A stretch of 47,592 nucleotides of DNA. It comes from Candidatus Moranbacteria bacterium RIFCSPHIGHO2_01_FULL_54_31 (lineage in GTDB: Bacteria; Patescibacteriota; Minisyncoccia; Moranbacterales; UBA1568). The stretch is from contig MFRV01000004.1 of assembly GCA_001784695.1 (NCBI GenBank), forward strand, positions 1 to 47,592, given 5' to 3'. A program made the translations under genes and the position numbers. Within the stretch, counting starts at the first letter, position 1. Each line of letters opens with the position of its first letter. Below the pieces are notes generated by a model that did not search any database, had not been told where the DNA came from, and was given only the letters and a program-made list of their open reading frames with translations. Shown piece after piece: positions 1 through 9,050 of this stretch.

Positions 1-59
1 AGTATGTTTACCGCTATACTGCAAGTCCTATAAGCTGTAATTCATTTTTTTCAACCGCT

Positions 60-626
60 ATGCTGAAAGTAAAGATCATTCTCGGGAGCACGCGCGCAGG
101 ACGCCAGGGCGATAAGCCGGCCCAGTTCGTGCACACGCTCGCCAAAGAACGCGCCGATTGGGAAGTCGAACTGCTGGACCTCAAGGAATGGGATATGCCG
201 CTTGCGATGAGCGCCAAACCGCCCAAGAGCGGAGAATATGACGACGAGATGACCAAAAAGTGGGCAGCGGTTATCGGAGAGGCGGATGCCTATATCATCG
301 TCACTCCGGAATACAATCATGGCTATCCGGCTGTCCTGAAAAACGCCCTGGATCGCATCTACAACGAATGGCTGAACAAGCCGGTCGCCTTTGTCGGCTA
401 CGGCGCCATGCTCGGCGGCGGACGAGCAGTGGAGCAGTTGCGCCAGGTGGCGATCGAGCTGCAGATGGCGCCGATCCGCGAAGCCGTCTTCGTGCCTCTG
501 GTCTGGCAGGCTTTCGATGAGAGCGGCAAACCGGCAAACGAGCAGTTAACAGCCGGCGCCCAAGTGATGTTCGCGCAGCTCACGTGGTGGGGCGAGGCGC
601 TCAAAGCCGCGCGCGAGAAGAAATAA
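60..626 (+). CDS. NADPH-dependent FMN reductase family oxidoreductase
   Basis: 188 aa. N-terminal ILGSTRAGRQGDK flavodoxin-like loop and the TPEYNHGYP motif are typical of the FMN_red family. Opposite-strand ORFs are low-complexity shadows. Confidence 0.8.
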   Translation: MLKVKIILGSTRAGRQGDKPAQFVHTLAKERADWEVELLDLKEWDMPLAMSAKPPKSGEYDDEMTKKWAAVIGEADAYIIVTPEYNHGYPAVLKNALDRIYNEWLNKPVAFVGYGAMLGGGRAVEQLRQVAIELQMAPIREAVFVPLVWQAFDESGKPANEQLTAGAQVMFAQLTWWGEALKAAREKK

Positions 627-676
627 TCTCGACACCCAGCCCTCTTTTGTTATACTAGACAAGAGAATATCTATCT

Positions 677-1393
677 ATGCAGACTGTTTTTCATCCGGCA
701 CAATCGCGGGGGTATGCGAAGCACGGGTGGCTCGAGAGCCATCACTCGTTCAGCTTTGCCAGCTATTTCGATCCGGAACGGATGGGCTTCGGGGCGCTCC
801 GCGTCATAAACGATGACAACATCGCCGCCGGCCAGGGCTTCGGCCGCCATCCTCATAATGATATGGAGATCATCACCATCCCGCTCACAGGGGCGCTCGC
901 CCATCAGGACAGTATGGGCAACGCGGAGGTGATCAAGACGGGCGAAGTGCAGGTGATGAGCGCTGGTACCGGCGTCGAGCACGCCGAGTTCAACGCTTCG
1001 AAGACGGAAAACGTCACGCTGCTCCAGATCTGGATCCTGACCAGGCAGAATGGGATGGCTCCGCGCTATGCTCAGAAACTTTTCAATCGGTCTTTTTTTG
1101 AGAACAGGCTCTCTGTGGTCGTCGGTCCGGAGGGGAGCGAGAAAGAGGGGGCGCTCTTCATCCATCAGGATGCCTGGTTGTCTCTGGGGCGTTTCGATAG
1201 CGACACTGACATCGAGTATGCGCTGCACGATCCGCAGAATGGCGTCTACTTTTTCGTCATCGAGGGCGGAGCGACGGTAGCGGGGCAGAGACTGGAGAAA
1301 CGCGATGCGTTCGGAGTATGGGATACGGAGCGCGTCTCCATGCAGGTGAAAAAAGATGCTTTTCTCTTGGCTATCGAGGTACCGATGGCATAG
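677..1393 (+). CDS. Pirin family protein (cupin; YhhW-like)
   Basis: 238 aa. HGWLESHHSFSFASYFDP and GFGRHPHNDMEIITIPL are the signature pirin N-terminal cupin metal-site motifs. Confidence 0.85.
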   Translation: MQTVFHPAQSRGYAKHGWLESHHSFSFASYFDPERMGFGALRVINDDNIAAGQGFGRHPHNDMEIITIPLTGALAHQDSMGNAEVIKTGEVQVMSAGTGVEHAEFNASKTENVTLLQIWILTRQNGMAPRYAQKLFNRSFFENRLSVVVGPEGSEKEGALFIHQDAWLSLGRFDSDTDIEYALHDPQNGVYFFVIEGGATVAGQRLEKRDAFGVWDTERVSMQVKKDAFLLAIEVPMA

Positions 1394-1445
1394 GTTGTAT
1401 TTGGAAAAGCATTCCTTGTCCTGCAAGAAGAAAATATTTGAGAGA

Positions 1446-1470
1446 AAGAGGGCTGACACCCTCTTTTTTC
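1446..1470 (+). terminator. Intrinsic terminator after the pirin gene
   Basis: AGAGGG-CTGACA-CCCTCT followed by TTTTTT. Confidence 0.6.
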
Positions 1471-1520
1471 TTGATTAATTATGGTATACTGTACTTGAAG
1501 TTTCAGTATCTATAGAAACG

Positions 1521-2141
1521 ATGCCAACAGAAAAAAATGGCGCGCCAGAAAGGCCGCCTGAAAAAACAAATTCTTTTCCTCCGGTGTCTGACGCCGTATT
1601 TCAGAAGTCGCACGAATCTCTGTGGGGAGCGATTCTGTTCGCTTTGATGATTTTGTTCGTTGCGGCGAGCATCGCGGGTATCGGGTGGGTGGCATATGCG
1701 AAGTGGCAGAGCAAGCGTATGGCGACGAAGCAGCCTTCCATATCAGCATTGCAGGCACAATCGAACGAACAGGAAAATGCTCCGGCATCGGACGAACCCG
1801 CGTCACCGGACGAAGACGTCCCGAACACGAAAACCGATACGGACAATGTCGCGGCAGCCAAGAAACTGGATATGAGCGTCCTGAATGGCGGCGCGGCCAA
1901 AGGAAGCGCTGGCACCATCGCCGAGTTTCTGAAGACCGAAGGGTATACGAAGGTCACGGCCGGGAACACGCTCAAGGATTATGCGGGCATCGCCGTATAC
2001 TATGCGGACGGGCTGGAAAAAGAGGCGGATGCGGTCAAGGCGAGTCTCGTGAAAAAATATCCGCAAGCGAAAACGCTGCCGGCCGATGCGAAAAACAAAG
2101 AAACCTCCGTTTCCCAAGTGACGGTCATCCTCGGGAAATAG
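1521..2141 (+). CDS. Membrane-anchored LytR_C (LytR cell-envelope C-terminal) domain protein
   Basis: 206 aa. One TM helix (ILFALMILFVAASIAGIGWVAY), a low-complexity linker, then LNGGAAKGSAG...YTKVTAGN...AVYY, typical of the LytR_C domain. Confidence 0.6.
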   Translation: MPTEKNGAPERPPEKTNSFPPVSDAVFQKSHESLWGAILFALMILFVAASIAGIGWVAYAKWQSKRMATKQPSISALQAQSNEQENAPASDEPASPDEDVPNTKTDTDNVAAAKKLDMSVLNGGAAKGSAGTIAEFLKTEGYTKVTAGNTLKDYAGIAVYYADGLEKEADAVKASLVKKYPQAKTLPADAKNKETSVSQVTVILGK

Positions 2142-2169
2142 CCGCTGAACTTTCCTATATACAAAATAC

Positions 2170-2198
2170 CCCGCTGTATACCGGATACGGCGGGATTT
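2170..2198 (+). terminator. Hairpin after the LytR_C gene (weak T-tract)
   Basis: CCCGCTGTAT-ACCGG-ATACGGCGGG (10 bp with one G-U), then ATTTGCTTT. Confidence 0.4.
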
Positions 2199-2221
2199 GC
2201 TTTATAGAGCCATTTGGCGCT

Positions 2222-4048
2222 ATGCTGACTGTACCAACTATGAGCACTGGAACCACCGAAGAAATCAAGGCGCGGCTGAATATCGTGGAGCTGATCGGCT
2301 CGTATGTTCGCTTGGAAAAGTCGGGCCAGCACTGGAAAGCCTGCTGTCCGTTCCATCAGGAGCGTACGCCGTCTTTTATGGTGAACGAGGAGAAGGCGAT
2401 GTGGCACTGTTTCGGCTGCGGCAAAGGCGGTGACGTATTCGCCTTCGTGATGGAGATGGAGGGTCTGGAATTCCGCGAAGCGCTCAAGATGCTGGCGGAA
2501 CGCGCCGGTGTGGAGCTGCCCCAGTACAAGGGCGAGACGCAGAACAAGGAAACCAAGGATCGCATCTACGACCTGCTCGAGCTTGCGACGAAATTCTATG
2601 AGAAGCAGCTGCAGGGCGGCGTCGGCAAAGAAAAAATCCTCTCGTACCTGACCGGGCGCGGATTGTCAGCAGAAAGCATCGGGAAGTTCCGCTTGGGATA
2701 TGCGCCGGACGGTTGGCGGCACACTCTGGATTTCCTCGTCGGGCGCGGGTTCCGGCCTGAAGAAATAGAACAGGCGGGACTTATTCTGAAAAAAGACGGC
2801 GGCGGAGGCTATTATGATCGTTTCCGCGACCGGATAATGTTTCCCATCTTCGATATTCTCGGCCGGGTGATCGGCTATTCGGCGCGCGTCACTCCGGGCG
2901 GCGATGAATCGCAGGCGAAGTATATCAATACGCCGGAAACCCCGATCTATCACAAGAGCCGGGCGCTCTACGGATTGTTCCAGGGCAAGCAGGCGATGAA
3001 ACAGGCCGGCGCGACCGTCATCGTCGAGGGGAATGTGGATGTCATCGCGATGCATCAGGCAGGCATCGGCAACACCGTGGCCGTGTCCGGCACCGCGCTG
3101 ACGCCGGAGCAGCTGACGATTATGAAGCGTTATGGGAATGAAGTGCGCCTCTTCTTCGATATGGATGGGGCCGGGCAGAAGGCAGCCCGCAAGAGCGCGG
3201 AATTGGCCCTTGAAAAGGAGCTGCTCGTCTCGGTGATCGCGCTCACGTCCGGCAAGGACGCGGCGGATATGGGCCAGGAGAGCCCCGAGAAACTGCGCGA
3301 AGCGGTCGCGCAGTCCGTGCCCGCGCTCAAATATTTTCTCGAAGCCAGTCTGGCGAAAAACGACCGCACTACTCCGGATGGCAAGCGCAAGATAGTCGAT
3401 GAATACACGGAGCTGCTCCTGTTCGTGAAGAACCCGATCGAGCGCGCTCACTGGATCAAGGAATTGGCGCGCGAGATACAAATGGAAGAAAAACTGGTGG
3501 TCGGTGTGGTCAACGCGGCGTTTCTGGCACGCGAGCGGCGCGAACATTACAATGTACCGCAAGCAGGTGCCCCGGTATCTACTCAGGGCGGGGCGTCTTT
3601 CGGCAAGCGTTCGGAACTGCTCCGTGAAGAATTGGTGGGGTTTATGTATGCCGACGCGGCGGTGCGCCAGGCGCTGCTCGCCCTCCTCGCCGACGGTGAG
3701 ACGAAAGCGTTCCTGGAGAAGCACCCGCTCTATTTCTTTCTCATCCAGGCCGGCACTGGGGATCCACTTTCGCTCATCGAGGATGCCGCATTGAAAAGCG
3801 AAGCGACGAAGCTCATATTCCGGGTCCTGGCCTTGCCGGACTTCATCGATGTCGCAGCCGGAGAGCGGATAGCCAAGATGCTCGCCATCGCCCAGGGCTA
3901 CCTGGAAAAGCTCACCACCGAGATCACCAAGCGGGAGAAACTGATCGCGCTCGAACGGGCTATTGGCGAGGCGCGGGAAAAGAAAGACAAGGCGCTCGAG
4001 ACGAAGCTCGTCACCCAATTTACGGAGATTTCTTTGGACAAATCGTAA
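2222..4048 (+). CDS. dnaG: DNA primase DnaG
   Basis: Zinc ribbon CCPFHQERTPSFMVNEEKAMWHCFGCGKGGDVF, the RNA polymerase core, and TOPRIM (IVEGNVDVIAM...FDMDGAGQKAA). The ORF-track start at 1622 overlaps the upstream gene. Realistic starts are ATG 2222 or ATG 2240. Confidence 0.9.
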   Translation: MLTVPTMSTGTTEEIKARLNIVELIGSYVRLEKSGQHWKACCPFHQERTPSFMVNEEKAMWHCFGCGKGGDVFAFVMEMEGLEFREALKMLAERAGVELPQYKGETQNKETKDRIYDLLELATKFYEKQLQGGVGKEKILSYLTGRGLSAESIGKFRLGYAPDGWRHTLDFLVGRGFRPEEIEQAGLILKKDGGGGYYDRFRDRIMFPIFDILGRVIGYSARVTPGGDESQAKYINTPETPIYHKSRALYGLFQGKQAMKQAGATVIVEGNVDVIAMHQAGIGNTVAVSGTALTPEQLTIMKRYGNEVRLFFDMDGAGQKAARKSAELALEKELLVSVIALTSGKDAADMGQESPEKLREAVAQSVPALKYFLEASLAKNDRTTPDGKRKIVDEYTELLLFVKNPIERAHWIKELAREIQMEEKLVVGVVNAAFLARERREHYNVPQAGAPVSTQGGASFGKRSELLREELVGFMYADAAVRQALLALLADGETKAFLEKHPLYFFLIQAGTGDPLSLIEDAALKSEATKLIFRVLALPDFIDVAAGERIAKMLAIAQGYLEKLTTEITKREKLIALERAIGEAREKKDKALETKLVTQFTEISLDKS

Positions 4049-4128
4049 AAAACTGCTAGGATAAAGTATTCTTACAAATATCCGATGAGGCGTCGTAATG
4101 GCCCTCCTCCTTTTAATCCGAAAATACT

Positions 4129-5517
4129 ATGGCGAAAAAGATGAAAAAAGCTCTCAAAAAAGCGAAGAAAGCGCTTAAAAAGAACGTAAAAAAGGCACCG
4201 AAAAAAGCTGTCAAAAAAATAGTTCGCAAAAAGACTGCAAAAAAAGCGCAGAAGAAGCATCGCCCGGTTGCCAAGAAAAAATCCGCGAAGAAGGCCGTGA
4301 AAAAGGCGACGAAAAAGAGCGTCAAGAAAACTGCCAAGAAGAAACAAGTCAAGGCCAAGCCGGTAAAAAAGAGGACTCCGCATAGCAAAGAGCACATCCA
4401 AGAGACGCAAGACGCAGTGACCGAGCTTCTGTCACGCGGCAAGCAGCGCGGTTTCGTCACGGAAGACGAAATCATCCATATCTTGCCGGACGTCGAGCGC
4501 GACATCGATCATCTGGAACGGCTCTACGACAAGCTGGAGACTTCTGGTATCCGGGTGGTCGGCTCCGAAGAGATGCTCAAGCGCGACATAGACAAAGTCG
4601 GAGAAGATTTCGGCAAGAAATCTAAAGGCGGCAAACCGAAAGCTCCACCGAAGGCGAAAGATAAGATGATGGACCTGGGCGAGGAAAGCACGTCCGATCT
4701 CGTGCAGATGTATCTGAAGGAAATCGGCCGCGTGGCATTGCTCTCCGGCGAAGAAGAAGTGCGCCTCGCGAAGCTCATCGAAAAAGGCGACCTGGCAGCC
4801 AAGCAGCGCCTGACCGAAGCCAACCTCCGCCTCGTCGTTTCGATCGCCAAGAAGTACGTCGGACGCTCGCACAACCTCTCGCTCCTCGATCTCATTCAGG
4901 AGGGGAATATCGGGCTGTTCCGGGCGGTAGAGAAATTCGATTATCACAAAGGCTACAAGTTCTCGACCTACGCGACGTGGTGGATCCGCCAGGCGATCAC
5001 GCGCGCACTCGCTGATCAGTCGCGCACGATCCGTATCCCGGTGCATATGGTGGAGACGATCAACAAGTACGCCCAGATCACGCGCCGCTTGGTGCAGGAG
5101 CTCGGCCGCGAACCGCTGGCCGAAGAGATCGCGGCGGAAATGAACCTGGAAGTGGACAAGATCCGCCATATCCAGAAGATCTCGCAGGAGACGGTATCGC
5201 TCGAGACCTCGGTGGGAGACAACGAAGACGATAGCGTGCTCGGAGACTTCATCGAGGATACCGAGACCGTGATGCCGAACCAGTCGGCTTCGCGGAAACT
5301 GCTGAAATCGCACATCGCGGATATCCTGAGCGAGCTGACTCCGCGTGAGCAGAAGATCCTCCGCATCCGCTTCGGACTCGAGGACGGCGTGACGCATACT
5401 CTGGAGGAAGTCGGTCAGGAATTCGGCGTGACGCGCGAGCGCATCCGTCAGATCGAAGCCAAGGCGCTCGAGAAGATCCGCGAACACGAGAACCTGCGGA
5501 AACTCAAGGACTACTAG
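4129..5517 (+). CDS. rpoD: RNA polymerase sigma-70 factor RpoD with a lysine-rich N-terminal extension
   Basis: Regions 2-4 are clear ([37 protein letters not shown]; [22 protein letters not shown]). It lies directly downstream of dnaG, as in the classical macromolecular-synthesis arrangement. The first ~85 aa are KKAxKK repeats. Confidence 0.9.
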   Translation: MAKKMKKALKKAKKALKKNVKKAPKKAVKKIVRKKTAKKAQKKHRPVAKKKSAKKAVKKATKKSVKKTAKKKQVKAKPVKKRTPHSKEHIQETQDAVTELLSRGKQRGFVTEDEIIHILPDVERDIDHLERLYDKLETSGIRVVGSEEMLKRDIDKVGEDFGKKSKGGKPKAPPKAKDKMMDLGEESTSDLVQMYLKEIGRVALLSGEEEVRLAKLIEKGDLAAKQRLTEANLRLVVSIAKKYVGRSHNLSLLDLIQEGNIGLFRAVEKFDYHKGYKFSTYATWWIRQAITRALADQSRTIRIPVHMVETINKYAQITRRLVQELGREPLAEEIAAEMNLEVDKIRHIQKISQETVSLETSVGDNEDDSVLGDFIEDTETVMPNQSASRKLLKSHIADILSELTPREQKILRIRFGLEDGVTHTLEEVGQEFGVTRERIRQIEAKALEKIREHENLRKLKDY

Positions 5518-5555
5518 TTTCTTTTGAGGCTTATGGTTGCCAAAAGGCGTATCTT

Positions 5556-5564
5556 TGATATAAT
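5556..5564 (+). promoter_or_regulatory. Extended -10 element TGATATAAT upstream of tRNA-Asn
   Basis: TGnTATAAT lies 37 nt before the tRNA 5' end. A perfect 10-bp hairpin (5567-5593) lies between them. Confidence 0.35.
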
Positions 5565-5600
5565 CACTCTGTTTCATTTTTCGTGAAACAGAGCGAATAT

Positions 5601-5672
<72 letters not shown>

Positions 5673-5684
5673 CAAGACGGGATG

Positions 5685-5715
5685 AGAGGACGTGAAAGCG
5701 TCTTCTTTTCCTTTT
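5685..5715 (+). terminator. Intrinsic terminator after tRNA-Asn
   Basis: AGAGGACG-TGAAAG-CGTCTTCT, then TTTCCTTTT. Confidence 0.55.
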
Positions 5716-5832
5716 GTAGAGCTACTTTTAGCCAGTTCGAAAATCAAATTGAGCTTAGGTACCCATTCTACGAGAAATTCGAAGCCGAAAGTGTAGTTTG
5801 GACTCACCACGCATTGTGATGGCGATGCGACA

Positions 5833-6090
5833 ATGGCATTTCTCTATCTGGTAGGGCGAATCCCGCAGGAAGCCGTGCCTTTTCTGGAAAAGATACAGCC
5901 TACGAAATGGAAGCTCTGGAAGACGGAAGGAATAGACTTCTCAAAAGACTTCCTCTGGTTGGACGATACGCAATTTGAAGGGGAGAAGAACACTTTGATT
6001 GAGAAAGGAGCTTTGGACAAGTTCATCCTTATTGACCTGAAGGCTAACCCAAATCAGCTCTTGGATATAGTGAATAGCAGGGTGGGGTAA
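5833..6090 (+). CDS. Hypothetical protein (85 aa) in the AT-rich patch
   Basis: ORF only. An in-frame stop lies 39 nt upstream of the ATG. No motif I can name. It could be a remnant of a longer gene. Confidence 0.35.
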   Translation: MAFLYLVGRIPQEAVPFLEKIQPTKWKLWKTEGIDFSKDFLWLDDTQFEGEKNTLIEKGALDKFILIDLKANPNQLLDIVNSRVG

Positions 6091-6159
6091 ATCCTGCATA
6101 AATCCTGCTTGAATTGACAAAAGGGCGCTTTATTGCTATTTTCAAACATAGAAAACCTT

Positions 6160-6768
6160 ATGGATAAAAAAATAATTTTAGGAATTTTTGTAGTCGTAGC
6201 CCTTCTCGGAGGGATTTTTTGGTTCCAGGAGAAGAAATTAGGAGTATCTACACAACCTGAGTCAATCAGTTCTGTTGATAATGGTGACTCTAGAAAAAAA
6301 ACTCTTATTTATACTGAACAGCTCAATCTGAAATTTTCTCTGGATATACTAAAATTTTGGGGAATTAGAGAGGTCTTCCAGTATCCAGTCAACCCAGAGG
6401 TGTTTTATTATATATCCAATTCAAACGCAGGAAAAAGTGCAACAGTATCAAAATTTGATACGAGTAAGGTAGAGGATTTTCTCCATAAGGAATCCTATGA
6501 TTTGCCGAAATACAATGAGAATGTATTTCTAGATAATTTTTACGGAGACCTTGAGCTTCGAGGTGTAGGTTTCGATGGTGATAAGTTTGTATTCGCAAAA
6601 ACCAGCAGAGATAACTCTCCAGGTCCGTGCTTTAGCCCATGGTTTTATGAGAGTTTGAATTACATAGAAGTTGATTCTACTCCAGCAGTTAGGAAGCCGT
6701 ACTCTCTTTCAAACGCAAAACTAACAGAGTTGAAAGAGGAAGAAAAGCGCTGTCGAGAGACTTTATAA
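6160..6768 (+). CDS. Hypothetical membrane-anchored protein
   Basis: ATG at 6160 (MDKKIILGIFVVVALLGGIFWF) gives an N-terminal TM anchor. The TTG at 6133 in the ORF track is less likely. The DNA is very AT-rich. No recognisable domain. Confidence 0.5.
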   Translation: MDKKIILGIFVVVALLGGIFWFQEKKLGVSTQPESISSVDNGDSRKKTLIYTEQLNLKFSLDILKFWGIREVFQYPVNPEVFYYISNSNAGKSATVSKFDTSKVEDFLHKESYDLPKYNENVFLDNFYGDLELRGVGFDGDKFVFAKTSRDNSPGPCFSPWFYESLNYIEVDSTPAVRKPYSLSNAKLTELKEEEKRCRETL

Positions 6769-6942
6769 AGCTTTTGACGTGTATTTGAGAGGTGCTCAAA
6801 ACGTATAAAGGTCAACGCATTTTCGCTGGTTTCAAATATAGAAACAAAATGCCCCGTTCTTACAATCGAGTGCTCGAAAGACATCGAGTGTTCGTAGTGA
6901 TAGCGGGTCTTGTTTTTTGACAACTTGTGAAAGGAGTGGAAA

Positions 6943-8352
6943 GTGAAAAATACTGTGCGTATCATTGCGTTTGCTCTTGCCTCAGTGACTCCATCGCTGG
7001 CAATAGCATACGGTGAAGTTCTCGGGAACTTTGGTGGCGTGACGGTTTATTCCAACGCAAATCCACCATCTGGTTCAAATGGTGGTGACTATCAGTGTGT
7101 CGAATATGTGAGGAGGTACTACGATGAGGTTTATGACCTCGACCTCCGTGCACTGTATACAGGCAATGCCAACACTTGGTATGCCAATGCAGCCACAATG
7201 AACTTATCGAGCTATGCAAATGGTTCAACAACGAGGCCGGAGGTTGGAGATATTCTGACTTCGACTGGGGGCACATTTGGTCACGTCGCCATTGTCAGTT
7301 CGGTCACGGACACTCAGGTTTGTGTTGCGCAGCAGAACTTCGACAACGATGAGAATGACAGCGACGGAACTCACTGCAGAGACATGACTGGAAATGCGAC
7401 CCAGGGCTACACAGTTAGTGCCCTTGGCGCTGGCGGCGGCTATGCTGTTCAGGGTTGGCTTCGTCAGCAACACACGCCTACTACGGAAACGCTACAGACT
7501 AGGGCGTGGGGTGCCATCGAGTGGTATCCACAGAGCACTCAAAGCTGTAGTAGCGCGACCCGTTGGTGGAAAGATGGAATCGAGACCAGCTCAAGTGTCT
7601 GTGGCGAAATCACGACGTTCTGCAGTGTTTCGTCCCCAAATGTTCCCGAGAGTAACAACCGCTTCCAGGCATGGTGGCGGACGGCGAGAGAGTTCTTCTC
7701 AAGTCTGAAGTTGCTTTTTGGAACCTACGCCTCGGCTTGCAGTCAGACAACGGTCTTGCGAACCATCTCTGTTCCGTCGAGTTCTTCGGTTCCGAACTCA
7801 ATCGTGGCTGGGAATGGAGCGTTTCCATCTCACGCTGTCGGTTACGGGAGCGGTGCGTTGATTACCTCGGCAGCTTCATCTGGGCAACCGGATTTTGTTG
7901 CCAAGAGTGTGGTTCTCAAGGACTCAGGCGACAAGGAGCGCTACGCTTTTGCGCTTGGCAACACCGTCAAGGTAGCAGCCAAGTTCAAGAACGAAGGGAC
8001 GGCCAACTCTCCTCAGGCCATTGAAATTCGCTACTATCGCTCCAATGGGCAGAAGGAGGATGCTCATAGCGACTGGGTGCGCGTGGCAACAAGCACCATT
8101 CAGGCAAGCAACATGAAGGTGGGTGATACTCACACCGAGAACATCCAGTTTACGGCTCCATCGACAATTGGAACCTACAACATCGTCGCCTGTGCTGACC
8201 GGACGCAGGACAGCAACAACGGGGATGGCCAGGTTGTCGAAAAGCACGAAAGCAACAACTGCTCCAAGGAAGCAGTATTCACGGTAGCGCGTCGCACCCC
8301 CGAAGACCGCAAGAAGTTTTTGCGGAACATCATGCAAACCATCAACGACTGA
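6943..8352 (+). CDS. Secreted CHAP-domain peptidoglycan hydrolase/amidase with a C-terminal CARDB-like domain
   Basis: GTG start preceded by AAAGGAG. Signal peptide (IIAFALASVTPSLAIAYG). CHAP catalytic Cys context GDYQCVEYVRRYY and His context GHVAIVSSV. The C-terminus (PDFVAKSVVLK...VKVAAKFKNEGTA...GTYNIVACADR...VVEKHESNN) has the CARDB pattern. Confidence 0.75.
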   Translation: MKNTVRIIAFALASVTPSLAIAYGEVLGNFGGVTVYSNANPPSGSNGGDYQCVEYVRRYYDEVYDLDLRALYTGNANTWYANAATMNLSSYANGSTTRPEVGDILTSTGGTFGHVAIVSSVTDTQVCVAQQNFDNDENDSDGTHCRDMTGNATQGYTVSALGAGGGYAVQGWLRQQHTPTTETLQTRAWGAIEWYPQSTQSCSSATRWWKDGIETSSSVCGEITTFCSVSSPNVPESNNRFQAWWRTAREFFSSLKLLFGTYASACSQTTVLRTISVPSSSSVPNSIVAGNGAFPSHAVGYGSGALITSAASSGQPDFVAKSVVLKDSGDKERYAFALGNTVKVAAKFKNEGTANSPQAIEIRYYRSNGQKEDAHSDWVRVATSTIQASNMKVGDTHTENIQFTAPSTIGTYNIVACADRTQDSNNGDGQVVEKHESNNCSKEAVFTVARRTPEDRKKFLRNIMQTIND

Positions 8353-8371
8353 AACGAAAGGAACTGACATC

Positions 8372-8716
8372 ATGAAACGTATCCTCGCATCTCTCCTCGC
8401 CGCCATTCTGTTGGCCTCATCCATTCCGGCTCAGGCAGCTTCCTACGGCGGCTATGTCCGGAACTGGTGGGTTCAGGAAAACGGTGACATCACCTTCTAC
8501 TTCCTGGATGCCACAAATGCCAACTACGTCACCGGCCTTTGCGGCTGGGGACTCTATGTCCTCCAGGCAGGCAAGGCGAACTACGACGAGACTTATTCGT
8601 CGCTTCTCCTGGCTGCTAAGAACAACTACAAGGTGCTCATGGAGGTCACGACCTGCAGTGCCCAAATCAACATCATCAAGATGGCGAAGGTCTGCACCTG
8701 GACTGGTGACTGCTGA
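8372..8716 (+). CDS. Small secreted cysteine-containing protein (hypothetical)
   Basis: 114 aa. Signal peptide MKRILASLLAAILLASSIPAQA and 4 Cys in the mature part. It starts 20 nt after the CHAP gene and is followed by a terminator hairpin. Confidence 0.55.
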   Translation: MKRILASLLAAILLASSIPAQAASYGGYVRNWWVQENGDITFYFLDATNANYVTGLCGWGLYVLQAGKANYDETYSSLLLAAKNNYKVLMEVTTCSAQINIIKMAKVCTWTGDC

Positions 8717-8742
8717 CCGCCGACGGCAACGCCGTGCAACAA

Positions 8743-8779
8743 GGGCTACTCTGGAAATCAGGGTAGCCTCTTCTTTTTT
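8743..8779 (+). terminator. Intrinsic terminator after the CHAP / small secreted protein pair
   Basis: GGGCTAC-(loop)-GTAGCCT, then CTTCTTTTTT. Confidence 0.55.
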
Positions 8780-8917
8780 CTAAAATAGTGAGGAGCGGGG
8801 TGGGGTATATCTTACGCACCTTGCTCCATAAACTTCTTCAAGCCAAAGTAGTAGAACTTTGAGGCTTTATCCTCCTGTATAGAGGTTCTAATAGTGTCCA
8901 GTAGGCGGAGCATAAAG

Positions 8918-8945
8918 AAAAACACCCTCAGAGCAGGGTGTTTTT
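8918..8945. terminator. Orphan bidirectional-looking terminator hairpin
   Basis: AAAAACACCCT-CAGAGC-AGGGTGTTTTT. No ORF of 60 aa or more ends nearby on either strand. Confidence 0.5.
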
Positions 8946-9050
8946 CTTTTCTGTTGAGCCATTTTTTTGTTACGAAGGTTGACAGGTTTCTGAAATAGCT
9001 CCCGGGGATGATGTATAATAGAAAATATATTATCCTTAACTCAAGCCTTT

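Noticed and set aside
1622-2221. Upstream 200-codon extension of the dnaG ORF
   Set aside because: It overlaps the LytR_C gene in another frame, and its translation is an Arg/Gly-rich artefact. The conserved primase zinc ribbon begins shortly after the ATGs at 2222 and 2240.
2666-5577. Long minus-strand ORFs (2666-4018 and 4432-5577) opposite dnaG and rpoD
   Set aside because: Both are antisense to genes with strong, complete motif sets. No independent signals such as an RBS or promoter were seen.
6089-6108. Duplicated AAATCCTGC (6089-6097 and 6100-6108) as an att-site copy of the tRNA-Asn 3' end
   Set aside because: Only 8 nt (AATCCTGC) match the tRNA T-arm region. There is no integrase and the repeat is too short to distinguish from chance. 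The island hypothesis therefore rests on composition only.
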